A stretch of 64,000 nucleotides of DNA. Source: Takakia lepidozioides (taxonomy: Eukaryota > Plantae > Bryophyta). The translations under genes were made by a program, and so were the position numbers. The notes below the pieces were generated by a model that made no database searches, was not told the DNA's origin, and saw only the letters and a program-made list of their open reading frames with translations. This document shows positions 10,681-22,915 of this stretch, piece after piece (the first letter of the stretch is position 1; each line of letters opens with the position of its first letter). The stretch is from positions 68,572,001-68,636,000 of the forward strand of contig CM060731.1 of the NCBI GenBank assembly GCA_030704615.1, written 5' to 3'.

Positions 10681-13589
10681 CTGCCGAAGTAATAAAGTGT
10701 CATTTCATTTTGTTAGAATCGTGATTGCTGGCACTTTCTTATCGATGGTTCTTTCCCCTTTACTTGCATTCACTAAGGGAGTGCTCGTACATGGTGCCAA
10801 ATGCTAGGAATTGTCGAAAGGTTCTGAAGTTTCTTCTGTTTGAACGGGGCATGATTGATGGACAGTCTGACAAAGGCCAAGTTACCCAACATGTCCACAG
10901 CCTGGATCATGATGTTTTGCAATGAGGTATGTAATTCTGTTTGAATGTATGATTCCACAAAGGGATCCACATGCATGCTCTTTGTATGCCCCACCCACCC
11001 TAACAGACACAGTAGCATTTCAGTCCACTGAAACTCAACAGCCAAGAAGGTCCTCTTTTAACCATCACAGCACCAAGACTAAGAGAACTCAAGGGGGTTA
11101 TGTCCTGTCATCGGTGGACTTCATCACATAATTGCAATGGTCCAAACTGCATGGCATAGATGGAGTCCTTGAAGAATCAAAATTCCTGAACAGTGGAAGC
11201 ACAGAGTGGACTGCTCTATTCAGAAGGGCCTGGTATGTTGTTATTTGAGGAGCAGCCCAAGCTCATGTCGCATTGCCTGCATTGCAAACATCAAATCAGT
11301 TCACATGCAATAAGAAGAAAGAGAGACGAGGGAGAGCAGAGCTAGGGACATGTGGCATTAAGCAACGAGAGTCGGTGCAGAAAACTAGTATCTTGGAAGA
11401 AATTGAGCCATCAACAAGAGAAACAGAAAGTTGACATGAATTCCTCATCAATTTAGGAAGGGATAGCACCTCAACATGTTGTTTGTCAATTTGAAGTTTA
11501 GATTCAAGAAGTTGCAACTCAGAGAGGGTATGGTGGCTCTTCTCTGAGTGTTTCCGGTTGCTCTTCATGCACACTCTCTTTCTTTTTTGGCTTTGGAGCT
11601 GCAAACTCCAATGCCTGGTTGCAAGGAATGCCCACTAATAACTGCAGTTGAAGAACAGAGCAGCTGGCATCTATGATATACATCGGATATTGTTATTGTT
11701 GTTGTTCATGTAGTTGTTTGTGTTTATCTTATTGCTTGCACCACAGAAACTGTTTACTTCCACACAGGTTTGGGTTAGATTTCTTAGGGCCTCTCTCCTT
11801 GTGAATTGGTCAGATCCATTTCTGACATCATAGGCTGTCCAGCCCAATTTGCAACTGTGGAATTTGGCAAAATTTGTGAGCATGTGGATGTAGTAGGTCG
11901 GTAGAAGTTATAACATCATCCATGTTCTCCTAAGCAACGTATATCTAATTAACAAGCACCAAAGGATGTGTAGCCCAGCGGTTGAGAGTTTGTGCCTTGC
12001 CGGTGCATAACCTAGGTGATCTAGGGTTTAAGGTGATAATTTAATCTAGGGTGTAAGGTGGTGTCCAGACAGATAATTGTTACAGAAAATTCACGCGAAC
12101 TCACTTTATATATTTGACCCCTCCCCATGCCCTACCACCAATCAGCAACCACACCTTGCCAACTTTGGTGCATTCCCTGCAGCCACGAACTCCCGCTTCC
12201 ACAAAATCTACCGAACCCTACCTCTTCTTGCGCTCCTCACCCGACCCTCCCTATCTTCGTGCGCTCCGTCTTCGGTCATAGCCAAGTGACCTCACCCTAC
12301 CTCTACAACTTGCCTCCCTCCATTCTAGAACCTTTGCTAGCCATCTCTAGCATATACACTCCATGTGGGCCCACATGCAATAGCCACCTTCGTTAAGATA
12401 GTCTGCTAGATGTCCACGCCCCTTTTGCTTGATTTATTTTTTTGAATGATGTGGGGTGTCGTGAGTACATATTCACTACAATCTCATATAAAGTCGGTGT
12501 AGAGGCATATCACGTCAAAATGAAACATAAAGAAGTGCGTCGGAGATGTAATTTCAAGCAGAAAATTCACTATCGCAAAGAGATAGTGTCGCGGCCTCTT
12601 GCCTTGAGGAGAGGGGGTCGGAACACAAGAAGGGCTGCCCTGGCAGGGGCAACGGCGCCTGTCGCGGCCTCTTGCCTTGAAGGCAGGGGGGGGGGAAGGG
12701 GCTGCTCCTGTGGTGGGGGTAACGACAACAGTAGGAATGGGGGTTGAAGCACCCTTTGAGGGTAGCATATGACTCACCGCAGGTCTGAGGCCCTGTGGTG
12801 GGAGTCATGGGGAGTGGGTGGGCCAAGACTCACCACGACTCATCACAAGGAGTCAAGGGTCACATGATGGTATGCCAAAAAAGACATGGGCTGTTTGTGA
12901 GACCCCCACCGACACTATAGAAATATATATAGGGAGTAGTAACCCCGAGAACATTGCAAGCCCGCTAAGCAACCAAAAACTAATGAACAAGCAAGCGTAT
13001 CGGAAAGCGACCAAAGTGTGGGGAGCTATTTCCGGACTGCCTATAAGCAAAGGGAATTTCCATTGAACCCGCGTTATCGAGGGTCGAGTAGGGAACCAGG
13101 GGGGACCATTATGCTCTGGTGAGTAGCCGAAGCTCTGAGTTGGCCCGACGGCCAATTTGGTAGGTAGGCGCACGCATCAAAAGTGAGTAACTATGACTTA
13201 AACGGAGTTTACTAAAGTGAAATACGCGACAAATAGTGTGACACAATAAAAATACAAGTTGATACATAACTCATCAGTCGGTATAAGAGTTCATACAAGC
13301 CAAAAAATAATGCTAGGAAGGTTATGACCATCTTCAGATTAAACCAGCCGCAAATCCACCTGTACACTTCAACTTCAAGAGATACAGATGGGTGATAATG
13401 TACAGTAGCAACACTTGATTGGGGTGCATATTGCCAACTATGGTGGATCATATATTCCATGAGCCCCTTTGTTGTTGCCACTGGTGTATACCGTGCTGCC
13501 AATCCATGTCTGTCGCTTCCACTATATGCAACTGATGTCGCCTCTTTCTGCTCTCCTTAATCGACCCTCCTTCTCTTGTTGCGCTCCAT

Positions 13590-14264
13590 GTGCGGTCCCT
13601 CTTTGGCTATAGCCGGTGGGCGCTGGAGCGACTGGAAGATTTGAATTATTCCTATCCGCTTGCGCGTGACTTCCTACGTTACATCAGAATGGAATGGGTC
13701 CCAAAACTGAGCATGTGGATCACGGGGGCTCGTTATATTCCCCACGCAAGTCAGGATACTAATGCCACAATTGAATCTTGGCACGGAAATTTGAAGGCTC
13801 GTTTACGCTCGGGAAAGCAAAGGCTTGATGTCAGGAGAATCGATTGGCTGATCAGCGAACTCGTGGGTCCTGTTCTAACCCACTATTGGTATAGAGATAA
13901 CTTGGAATCGAAAGGCTTCAAAAGGAATGTACGACAGGAGGAATTTATCAGTAATGCTGTTTGGACTGCAAGGGAGATCCCTGATGTCAATGTTCATTTG
14001 CCCACTGTTCCTGGTCATCCGGCGATTGTGGATAGTGTTCAAACGGCCGGTCGAAGCTACACAATCTATGCACCTGCGACCACCTGGGCTTGTTGCGATT
14101 GTCCATGGGCTTTGAAGGGTAACTTGTGCAAACATCAAATCCGCGTTCTTCAATTGATGAAGCCAAATCTGAAGGAAGGGCTTATTGTGAAGCTCTGTGG
14201 CACAAAGCTCGGGACCATTCATGGAGTTGCTCCTGGGCCTTCTTTCCTCATTAGCGTTCCCTAG
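13590..14264 (+). mobile_element. Mutator-like transposase fragment with SWIM zinc finger
   Basis: DTNATIESWHGNLK (MULE catalytic E motif), RRIDWLI, CCDCPWALKGNLCKH (SWIM); N-terminus absent. Confidence 0.85.
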
Positions 14265-15549
14265 TCGACCTTCCTCTAGTCATGCGCTCCTTCTTTGGCT
14301 ATAGCTACCTCTTAGACGGAGCCCGCTTTGGTTGATTTTTTTTTTTGAAAGACTTGACATTTCTTGTAATTGTTGGATGGTCCAACATCAAACTTTAAGA
14401 ATAAAGTTCAAGAAGTTCAAAAGTGCGTAAGGCCAGAGTTCCAAAAATTAGAACTGAGGTAAACTTACAATAAACCTGCTGGAGAAATGAAGGTGGCTAT
14501 ACAAAGAGAAATGTGTATGGCTATACAGAGAACATGCTATACATAGATGAAAGAGCCAAAACTTGCTATACAGGGAACCAATACAACAAAATTAAAGTCA
14601 ACCCACCTAAAATGCATGGTGATTATGAGTAAACCTAGGAGCAAGTGGAATAAAGGAAACCTGGGTAGCTGTGAATTCATCCATTGGCGTAAGTTTGGTT
14701 TTGTTAAAATCCACAAAGTCAGATTGCAAGGGTAAAGTGATAAAATTATCAGCTTCGGAAGCAATTTGCGCACAAAAGAGGTCTCGAAGTCGTGAAGCAC
14801 CTGTCGAACACTCGTAAAAAATTCAAGCGATGTCCACCATTTATAACTCTTACGGTAGCACCATTGCTTTCTAGATAAAACCAACGCCTCTGTGAAAATC
14901 CATCCCACTGTTTTTGTAGGGCACCACCCATGCGGTTGCAAGGTAAAACGACCGGATTTTAACATGCTAAGTAATACAAAAGGTAAATTATCGGCGAGTT
15001 GCCCGTGCATTTTGTAATTGCTCCACATTTGTGCGCGCTCCAACACGTTCTTGTGTATGAGGCATACACGTTTTTTGATCGAGGATGCACCATATTTGAT
15101 GTACAAATCCACACAGTTCTTCTTGCATTCGGTCTGCAAGTCTTACATTTCTGTGTACAAATGTGAAATCTAGTTTATCGGCATTTTTTTATACAATAGC
15201 CTATAAAAGTTGAAGCCCTTTACCACGAAGAGCTTTACAGTGGACAAGATGTTCAGGTGGTACAAGCTTCGGGCTATCCCACCCAAGGTACTTTTTGATA
15301 AACTTGTTCAACAATAATAAGCTCAACACATACAAGCTACAAACCATTTTAGTACAAATGCAAATGGAACAAAGTTGTGTCACATCTTTCAAGTTCACAC
15401 AACCAAGAAATGCAAGGTTCCAATAAATTCTTCCATTTTCTGTAAACCTACCCCCACTGTAACACTTGCCTCCATAAATTTTTCCATGCCCTCTACCACT
15501 TTGGCTCTCCCTGTGGCAGCCAGTACCATACTTGTAGCACAAATGGGCC

Positions 15550-16420
15550 GGGGGTTGGTAGGATGTGAGCATAGTGGTGAGCAGAGCTCACGTGAGCACA
15601 AATCCACGGTCATGGCGGTTTTATATTTTTAAACCTCGGTCACAGGTGTTGTATGTTTTCGAAACGGAATTAAACCATTGGCGAATATAGAGACACGGTG
15701 CATTTTATAGGATTTCTGTGCCTATTTCTGTCCCAAAACCCAAAAACCCTAATGCGGAATATGCACACATAATATATATCTACAAGCTCCAAATTCGTAT
15801 CTACAGCTTTGGTATCCTATAAAAGAATAACACATTAGGGAAAAACAAAGTCAAAATAACCAACACCATCCAAAACATACAAATAACCAAACAATAGTTG
15901 AACAATTTAATATAATGAGGCAAACAACGGGTTGCATTAATGAAATAAATCAAGGTATCAGGTTTTGCTAGTGAAATAATGGCGAAATTATAATGCGTTT
16001 TGCTAGCAAAATATTGGATTTCGCCAGCGAAATAAGGGGATTCGTCGACGAAATTTCCAGGTATTGCAGGGTAGGTCATTATCCTATGGTCTCGTCGGCG
16101 AAACAAAATGTGTTGTGGTTGATTCTGCATATAAGAGATGACGTGAGATTGTTTTATTTCGCTAACGAATTGTTATGTGCTTGTGCGTATATGAAAATAA
16201 ACCACGGAAATAAAATACCCGTCCATATTTATGACTCATTTTGTGCATATTTCTCCCGTACCTATTTCTCTTCGTGTGGTTTGTGCTCACGTGCTCATCG
16301 TGAGCACAAATTGCACATTTTGGTTTCGCTATCGCATCTTTTCAAGAATATTCTTGGAATTTCTGGTATATCCTCTTCTGCTCATGTTCACGTGAGCCTG
16401 CTCACATGCTACCCAACCTC
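15550..16420 (+). mobile_element. Non-autonomous Mutator-like element, copy 1
   Basis: TIRs GGGGGTTGGTAGGATGTGAGCA / TGCTCACATGCTACCCAACCTC; 9-bp TSD AAATGGGCC at 15541-15549 and 16421-16429; homologous copy at 32044-32843. Confidence 0.9.
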
Positions 16421-17288
16421 AAATGGGCCCACCCTCAAGATAAGAAATAAGTAGTGATATTGGCTTCACACTAGTGAGACTAGAGAAGTAGTCTCTTTGG
16501 CCTCACACTAGCCACCCATCAAGAAACTAAACCGATGGATTAAATTTCTAATGCTATCAAACAACAACTTGGACAAAATTTTGCATATCGGTAGGAAAAC
16601 AAGACGAATAATGTAAGAACTTAATGGACGCGTGCAATCTAACGATACTTTCGCCAAATTCCAGAGCGTGCTCCTCCAACGGGCCCTGTCAACTCTTCTC
16701 CACCCCTTCTTACCCTGGATTCACTATTAAATACATTAGAATGCAGGAGATTGACAAGTAGCTTTGAGTAGAATATTGGTAAGGTGATGGCAGTATGGGC
16801 TTAGATGATACTTGACACTTGGTGTCCAGTGTTATCTAAGCCAGTCTCCTATGTATCCAAGTGCGACCTCTAGGGTAACTTGTCCATCCCTTCTTTAATT
16901 TTTTTCTCTTTTAAAAGTTTAGAAATAGAAGTTTTCTAAAATCTGCTGGGATATAAATAAGTCCGGATATTCAGATTACAATATCCGACGGTTATAGACT
17001 AATCAGGATACATGTAATATAATACTATTTGTTTAAAAAAATTTGGTTAATCAGTTTATGTAATTTAAGATATAATTAAATGAGATAATAAGCTAATTCA
17101 GACCAATTCGTTAATCAGTGTAATTTTTTCTTATAGGGAGGAAGCCCTCTATATTATAAAGTTATTTTTGTTTATAATCTTTTTTTAAATAAAACTCATA
17201 TAAATGTTTTTAATTAAGCCTTATTATATCCGGTTGAGATCGCGTGATTGGCCCAAATATCCGGATGAATTCTGGATCCAATCCGGAT

Positions 17289-17560
17289 CAGTGTTTTTGT
17301 TTTCAAATTTGGAAAATAGCAGGAGTGGCTACTGAGTTTTGCAGGAAATAGCCAAATTTTCTGTTCATCCACTGAAATTTGGACAGAATCATCCTCCTCT
17401 GTACTTTCATCCATATTAGGCGAATTCATCCTCAGTTTTTGTTTTTTTTGGGATGGTTTTGGCGATTTCATCTATGAGAAAATAGGGAATTTACGACAGA
17501 ATATTATTTTGTTTTTGGAGGCCGGAAAAGTGCGAAATTTCACCAGAAATTAAAACACTG
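17289..17560 (+). mobile_element. hAT-type MITE, copy 1
   Basis: TIR CAGTGTTTT...AAAACACTG with 8-bp TSD ATCCGGAT on both sides; nested in an ATCCGGAT-rich older repeat. Confidence 0.88.
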
Positions 17561-18384
17561 ATCCGGATCTCATATTTCACAAATCCGCAGGATATATAAT
17601 ATATATAAAACCAGGATATCAAAACCCCACCGAATCTGTATCCATACTGATATCCGGATCATTGTATATCTACCCACCATTGGTAAGTATCTCTTGTTTT
17701 AACTTCAAGGGTATATTCAAATAAATTTACCCTTGGGTTTTGTATGGTGGGTTTTGTTGTTGTATTGTTGTTGTTGCATAGTAAGAGATTTTTTAATTAG
17801 ATGATGGTTGAGGTTCCAAATTTTTATTTTCTAAGGGGCCTGCTTGCAGAGCTTATCAAAGGGAGGCGGGTGAATCCTAACAAGCGGCTAGTAGCATAAT
17901 GGCTCCACACCTAAAAGTCAAAAGAAATCCTTAAAGTATTATATTAAAATAAGTCAATCACATATTCAAACGCTTCTCATTGTTGAATAATTGGGTCTAT
18001 CAGGCTCACGTGGGCCTGGATAGTACGGGCTGGGGGTGGTTTTAGGTGGCCCCACCCACACCCCTAACCCGGCCCGGGTCCGCGAGGTAGGGTCTGCCGA
18101 CGTAGGGTCTGCTGCAAAGTGGGTCCACCATCCCAGGCTACATTGGGGCTGAATGGGGCAGTTTTTTAGGATAAGGGATAAAAAGTTTGTTGGTGTAGCA
18201 GCAAGCAGCGGGTAGTGTGGTGGTTAGGCGCATTGAATGGCATCCATGTGGTTGCGAATTCCACCCCAGCTGTCGCTGAATGAGCATGAATGATGGTTTT
18301 TTTGTGGGCGAGTTTCCCGAAAAAATTTCGAAGTCCCAAGGGCGGGCTGCGGGGCGGGTGGCGGCTTGACGAGCAGACCCAACG

Positions 18385-18530
18385 ACGGGCAAACCCAAGG
18401 GCGAGCAGACCCGGGGTGGTCGTGGGGAAAGGCGGGGTAACCCCGCGTCCGTTCGTCCGTGAGCAGACCCAACGATAGGCAGACCCAAGGGTGAGCAGAC
18501 CCGGGGTGGTCGCGGGGAAAGGCGGGGTGA
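18385..18530 (+). repeat. GC-rich ~90-bp-period direct repeat, probably subterminal repeats of a DNA transposon
   Basis: ACCCAAGGGYGAGCAGACCCGGGGTGGTCGYGGGGAAAGGCGGGGT twice. Confidence 0.7.
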
Positions 18531-19053
18531 CTAAGAGAAAATTTATTTATTTATTTAAATCCGGGGACACAGACCTTGATAGAACTATATTGATGTATGA
18601 ATTAAATATTGATGTATGTTATTATAAAATTGATCTTCAGATTTATTAATTATTAAAATATTGAGTGAAATACTAACTGAGATATTGAAATACTTGCGGA
18701 AGAACTAGCTGAAATATTAAAATACTTGCTGAAAATCTGGATGAATCACTGAAATACTCGCTAAAAATCTGGCTGAAAATCCTGATTGAGATATTGAAAT
18801 ACTGAAACTTTGATGTACTGAAATGTTGTAGGCCGCAAAAAGCTTACGAGCCCTTTGGGCATATCCCCAGGAGGATATCATATCCAACCATCACAGACAA
18901 GCATCAATAACTACACTTCTGCCTGACGGATGCTAAATTGCATGCCCTAGCCGATTCTCGTGCAGTGGAATAGGAAATAAGAGGGCAGATATCTCCAACA
19001 CATGATTTACACAATTTACTAGAATGTTGTGAATGCATGTGTTATGAACACAC

Positions 19054-20320
19054 CAGCGTATCACCAGTGAAAACAGCAGGCTTGTCTTGGCCGTAGAGCT
19101 TGTCACAAAGTAGTTGATATGCCCCTTTGTGTGACTGCCACCATGCATCCAACGACGTTTGGCAAATGTGATGTATCATACAGGGCAAAGCGGCACAAAT
19201 ATAAGAGCAGAAATGAGTATGTACACGTGTGAAAACGCTAACAAGGACACAATCTCTAGGAATTTGGTATAGCAAAACACATAGGTAGGATGCAAAGATA
19301 GCCCGCACTTGTGTGGAGGCTATAAGCCCCTTTCAAACTCTATAGGACCACATGAGGACCATCAACAAAGGTTGGTATTCATCTTATTTGCGATAGTCCA
19401 TGAACTCTGCCCATGGTACAACTACTTCTGATATTTTATGATTTCCTTACCCCTTAACCTATTGATAGTCTAAACATTTCAGAGCAGATCTCATCTGAAA
19501 ACTATGTTGCAATTCATGTTTTCCCAAAATATTTGTGAGAACTTACAGAGACACCAAAGCACAAATCTGAGAGAGAAAGAGACACCTCTATGAGAAAAAA
19601 GAGAGTGCTCCCACCAAGGAGTGTGAAGAGCTTTGATGCGAATAGAGTCACTTAGTGAGAACTCGTTCCCATGTTGTACTAGATTTGTGCACCCCTCCAC
19701 TTTGTCCTGCACTCCGCCATAGATTTTCACATCTGGTAGCATCTTCTTCATTTCATTATTACCTCATGCATGATCCATCTCCAAGTTATCATTGAAGACA
19801 AGTGTCAAGTCTGATCCCCATGGCCCGTGACCAAGGCCAAAAGAACTGGATACACATCATGACTGCCTTTCATGAAACCCTCATGTCAATGCTACCCAAA
19901 ACTTAATTCCAGTCCTCTATCAATTGTAATTCTAATCCTTCTGTAGATATTAATTAGCCCGATCTAATATGGTTCTAATGCACATCCCTTAAAAGAATTT
20001 AGGAGTTGATTTCTAGTCTTCTGTACAAACCATAATGAAAAAATGATGTGGAACTACTGTTAGTCATGTAAGTTGAGTGACACTTGTGGCTATGCTTGCA
20101 CCGGAATAGAGTATGTAGAAAGGGACAAGGGAGATCGTCCCAAACAGGAAGACATGTAAGTTTAATCATCATCATCAGGAGTACACACAAAGCATACCAG
20201 TGATGGTGAGTGGTGAGAACCATGACCACTCGAGCATATTCAAGCTGGGCAGCCAGCAAAACCTGCTCTGGCCATACTAGATCAACGGCTGCCGCATCTC
20301 CTGTATTTTCATCAATCAAC
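19054..20320 (-). pseudogene. Glyoxalase II (hydroxyacylglutathione hydrolase, cytosolic GLX2-2 type) pseudogene; exons 20320-20198, ~19776-19615, 19134-19054
   Basis: LIDENTGDAAAVD...VLTTHHHW / DHA*GNNEMKKMLPDVKIYGG...ALHTP / HTKGHINYFVT...PAVFTGDTL; in-frame TGA, a frameshift in the third exon, first and later exons missing. Confidence 0.9.
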
Positions 20321-21095
20321 CTGACGGAAACACAATCCATGTCAAGAGCATTCAATCGACGATGGAATTGCCTCCACTCATCTCCCTTCATCGTGCAATG
20401 CCCGAGTTCTTTTGGCGGTCTCGCTCGAGACCACTTCGTCTTCTTGGATATGAGGACTTCCCTTAGGGTTCGAGCTGCTACGCAGCCTAACTTGAGAATC
20501 AGGGTATATACCCTTCATTTATGGGTCTTATCCAATCAAATTAACATTTAAGTGGGGGAGGATTATCTGCTTCACGTAGGTATTATCTAGTGGAGGTATA
20601 TCAGGATCTTACTCATTTTTGGCACCAATGCGTGGTCTTTCCCTTATAGGGAGGAGCCAATAAAATGTATACCCCTTACCCTCCTTATATGGTCTTTGGA
20701 GGCGGTGGTGGAGCCTTCTAGAAGGGGGCCCACCACCTCATCCCGTTGGAAAGCTCTAGAAGTAGAAGGAGGGCGTACAAATGTCTTCTGTGCATGTCTT
20801 GGGCCCACTGCCCCATCCCATGCCGGATTAAAAAGAATACCGTCCAGCTGTCTACCTCCCATCGACCCTCCTACTTCTGCGCTAACGCCTCCCGCGGCCC
20901 CACTGATTCTCTTCCCACATTGTCGGGTTGTCTGACCTTCCCAAACTGGCCAAATGAATTGGGATACAGTATGACGGGTAGGTATAACTCCATGGTATAA
21001 ATAACACTATATATCATGTACTAATACCTTTAGATAAATGACACATTCATAATTGGTTTATAGCATATTTTGGCCCAGCTCTCATTTTTTAATAA

Positions 21096-21679
21096 TAGGG
21101 TCATGGATGCACAGGCGGGCCCCGCCAGTACGACCCTTGGGGTGCCCACCGCCCATTCACGGGTCGGCGAGACTCTGAAATTTTTCTAAGTCCTTGTTCA
21201 TCTACCGTGGCGGACCTTCTAGCAAACTGGGCAGACCCTCCATCAGACCGACTCCAACCTTCTAGCGGACAGGCAGGCAGACTCTCCAGCAGACCGACGA
21301 GCGGACTGGCACCTCTCCAGCAGACCGGCAAACTTTCCAAGCAGAGCCCCCTCCGACAAACGGCTTGGACCCTCCAGCAGACCGGCGGACCCTTCGACAA
21401 AATATACAATTAGTAACACACATTACTGCAGCAGTACATCCAAACAAGATTTGAACACCAAACCTCACGTGTATTATTTATTGCTCTTAACCACCACACT
21501 ACCAGCCACTTTCTACAAACTCTTGCAACTAATGCTTTATCTGCATATTGTGGCCCCAGCAGTCCAGCTTACCGGGCAGACCCACCTACAAACTGGCGGG
21601 TCCGGGTAGGGGCCCTCCGCGATCCCCTCTGCCACAAGCGGGCCCCGCCACAACCACATGTGCGGCATTCATGACCCTA
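21096..21679. mobile_element. MITE with TAGGGTCATG TIRs (hAT-like)
   Basis: TAGGGTCATGGATGC...GCATTCATGACCCTA inverted ends; internal CCAGCAGACC repeats; no clear TSD. Confidence 0.65.
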
Positions 21680-21947
21680 TTATTGTTAAATGAGAAGCTT
21701 TTGGCCCTACTACATGGCCATGGTCCTATGTGGTCAGAATTTCCCATGTCCCCATGCATATGGGATAAATATACCCTTGCTTTTATATCTTCAAACTTGG
21801 TATGATACAAGTTTCCAGAGTGGCGTCTCTGACAACTGTTTGCTGCAGGCTGTCCGGTAGACCCTTTTCATATAACAACAACAACCCAGAAGAGATGATT
21901 GGATACATTACTACTCATTTCTTCATGGGAAAAAAAAGTAAAAAGTT

Positions 21948-22518
21948 GGGCCTTGACATGGGAGACGTACTTGGATATAGAGGAAATTGCACTTGGTCTT
22001 AGATTTCAATTCTTCACACATGGGCCAACGGCATAGGCTACGCTGGAGGTCACACTTGCGCCTCGACATAGGAGATGCACAGGGATATATAGGAAATTGC
22101 ACTTGTCTTAGACTTCAATTCTTCACACATGGGGGCAAAGGCATAGGCAACCCTAGAGGTCACACTTGGGCCTCGACGTGAAAGACGCACTGGGGTACAT
22201 AGAAGATCTTACACTTAGGCCTAGATGACATTGGACACTTGGGCCAACGGCTCGGGCTACCCTAAAGGTTGCAATTGGGCCTCGACATAAAAGATGCATT
22301 TGGATGTGCCGTGGGAGATGTGGAATTCAAGTACTTTTGGCCGTTGGAAAATCGTAAAAAAACACATAAATGAGCTACTTCCGAGGTCCGTGACTGGCCA
22401 CCGGCAAAACCCCCCTTATCTCTTGTCGAGGCTCCAATCATTGTCCCAGGAAAGCCCACTTTACTATTTTTTGTGAATTTCCAGCGACCAAAAGTACTTG
22501 AAATTCGACATCTCCCAC
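21948..22518. repeat. ~110-bp tandem repeat (about 3.5 units) followed by a ~50-bp inverted repeat
   Basis: GSGCCTYGACRT..RAGAYG recurs at ~21948, 22058, 22168, 22277; arms 22311-22362 and 22467-22518 are reverse complementary. Confidence 0.75.
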
Positions 22519-22734
22519 ACCACAGGTCCAAAAATCTTGAGACCAAGCTAGTGCACCCTCCTTATCGGAGGCTTTCCAACGGTACCAAGCACCAGGGTTG
22601 CTACAAGACGAGACAAAACAAAACAAACTGCCTCGCTTCATATATTGACTAGTGTAGCCTGTTGGCCCGCTACCAGCGTTGGTTACTTATCTTGACTCCA
22701 AATGACATGATTGTAGAGAAGCAAGCAGACCTTT

Positions 22735-22915
22735 CCATAGATGAACTTGGTGGTCTGGTAGTCTCTATACACCCCAAGGCTCTTGATGATGTCGATAGGT
22801 GTTGCACAGGCCGTGCTTATCAGCCGAAGTAATCGACAGTTCACTGGAGGGAAATAGAAATTCCTCTAGCCTGCTCCACATCATGCAATAGAAAGTGCAT
22901 GTCAGGCAGGTAACG
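22735..22915 (-). pseudogene. Frameshifted, degenerate DYW deaminase domain remnant
   Basis: Alternative frames read RYLPDMHFLLHDVEQ...SELSIT...LISTACATPIDIIKSLGVYRDYQTTKFI versus DYW consensus GYVPDTxFVLHDVEE...[39 protein letters not shown]. Confidence 0.8.

Noticed and set aside
11960-12030. tRNA/SINE head (also at ~18210-18275)
   Set aside because: Only degenerate A/B boxes, no tail or TSD established
14537-15139. 200-aa minus-strand ORF as a gene or transposase
   Set aside because: No convincing motif; lies in nested TE sequence
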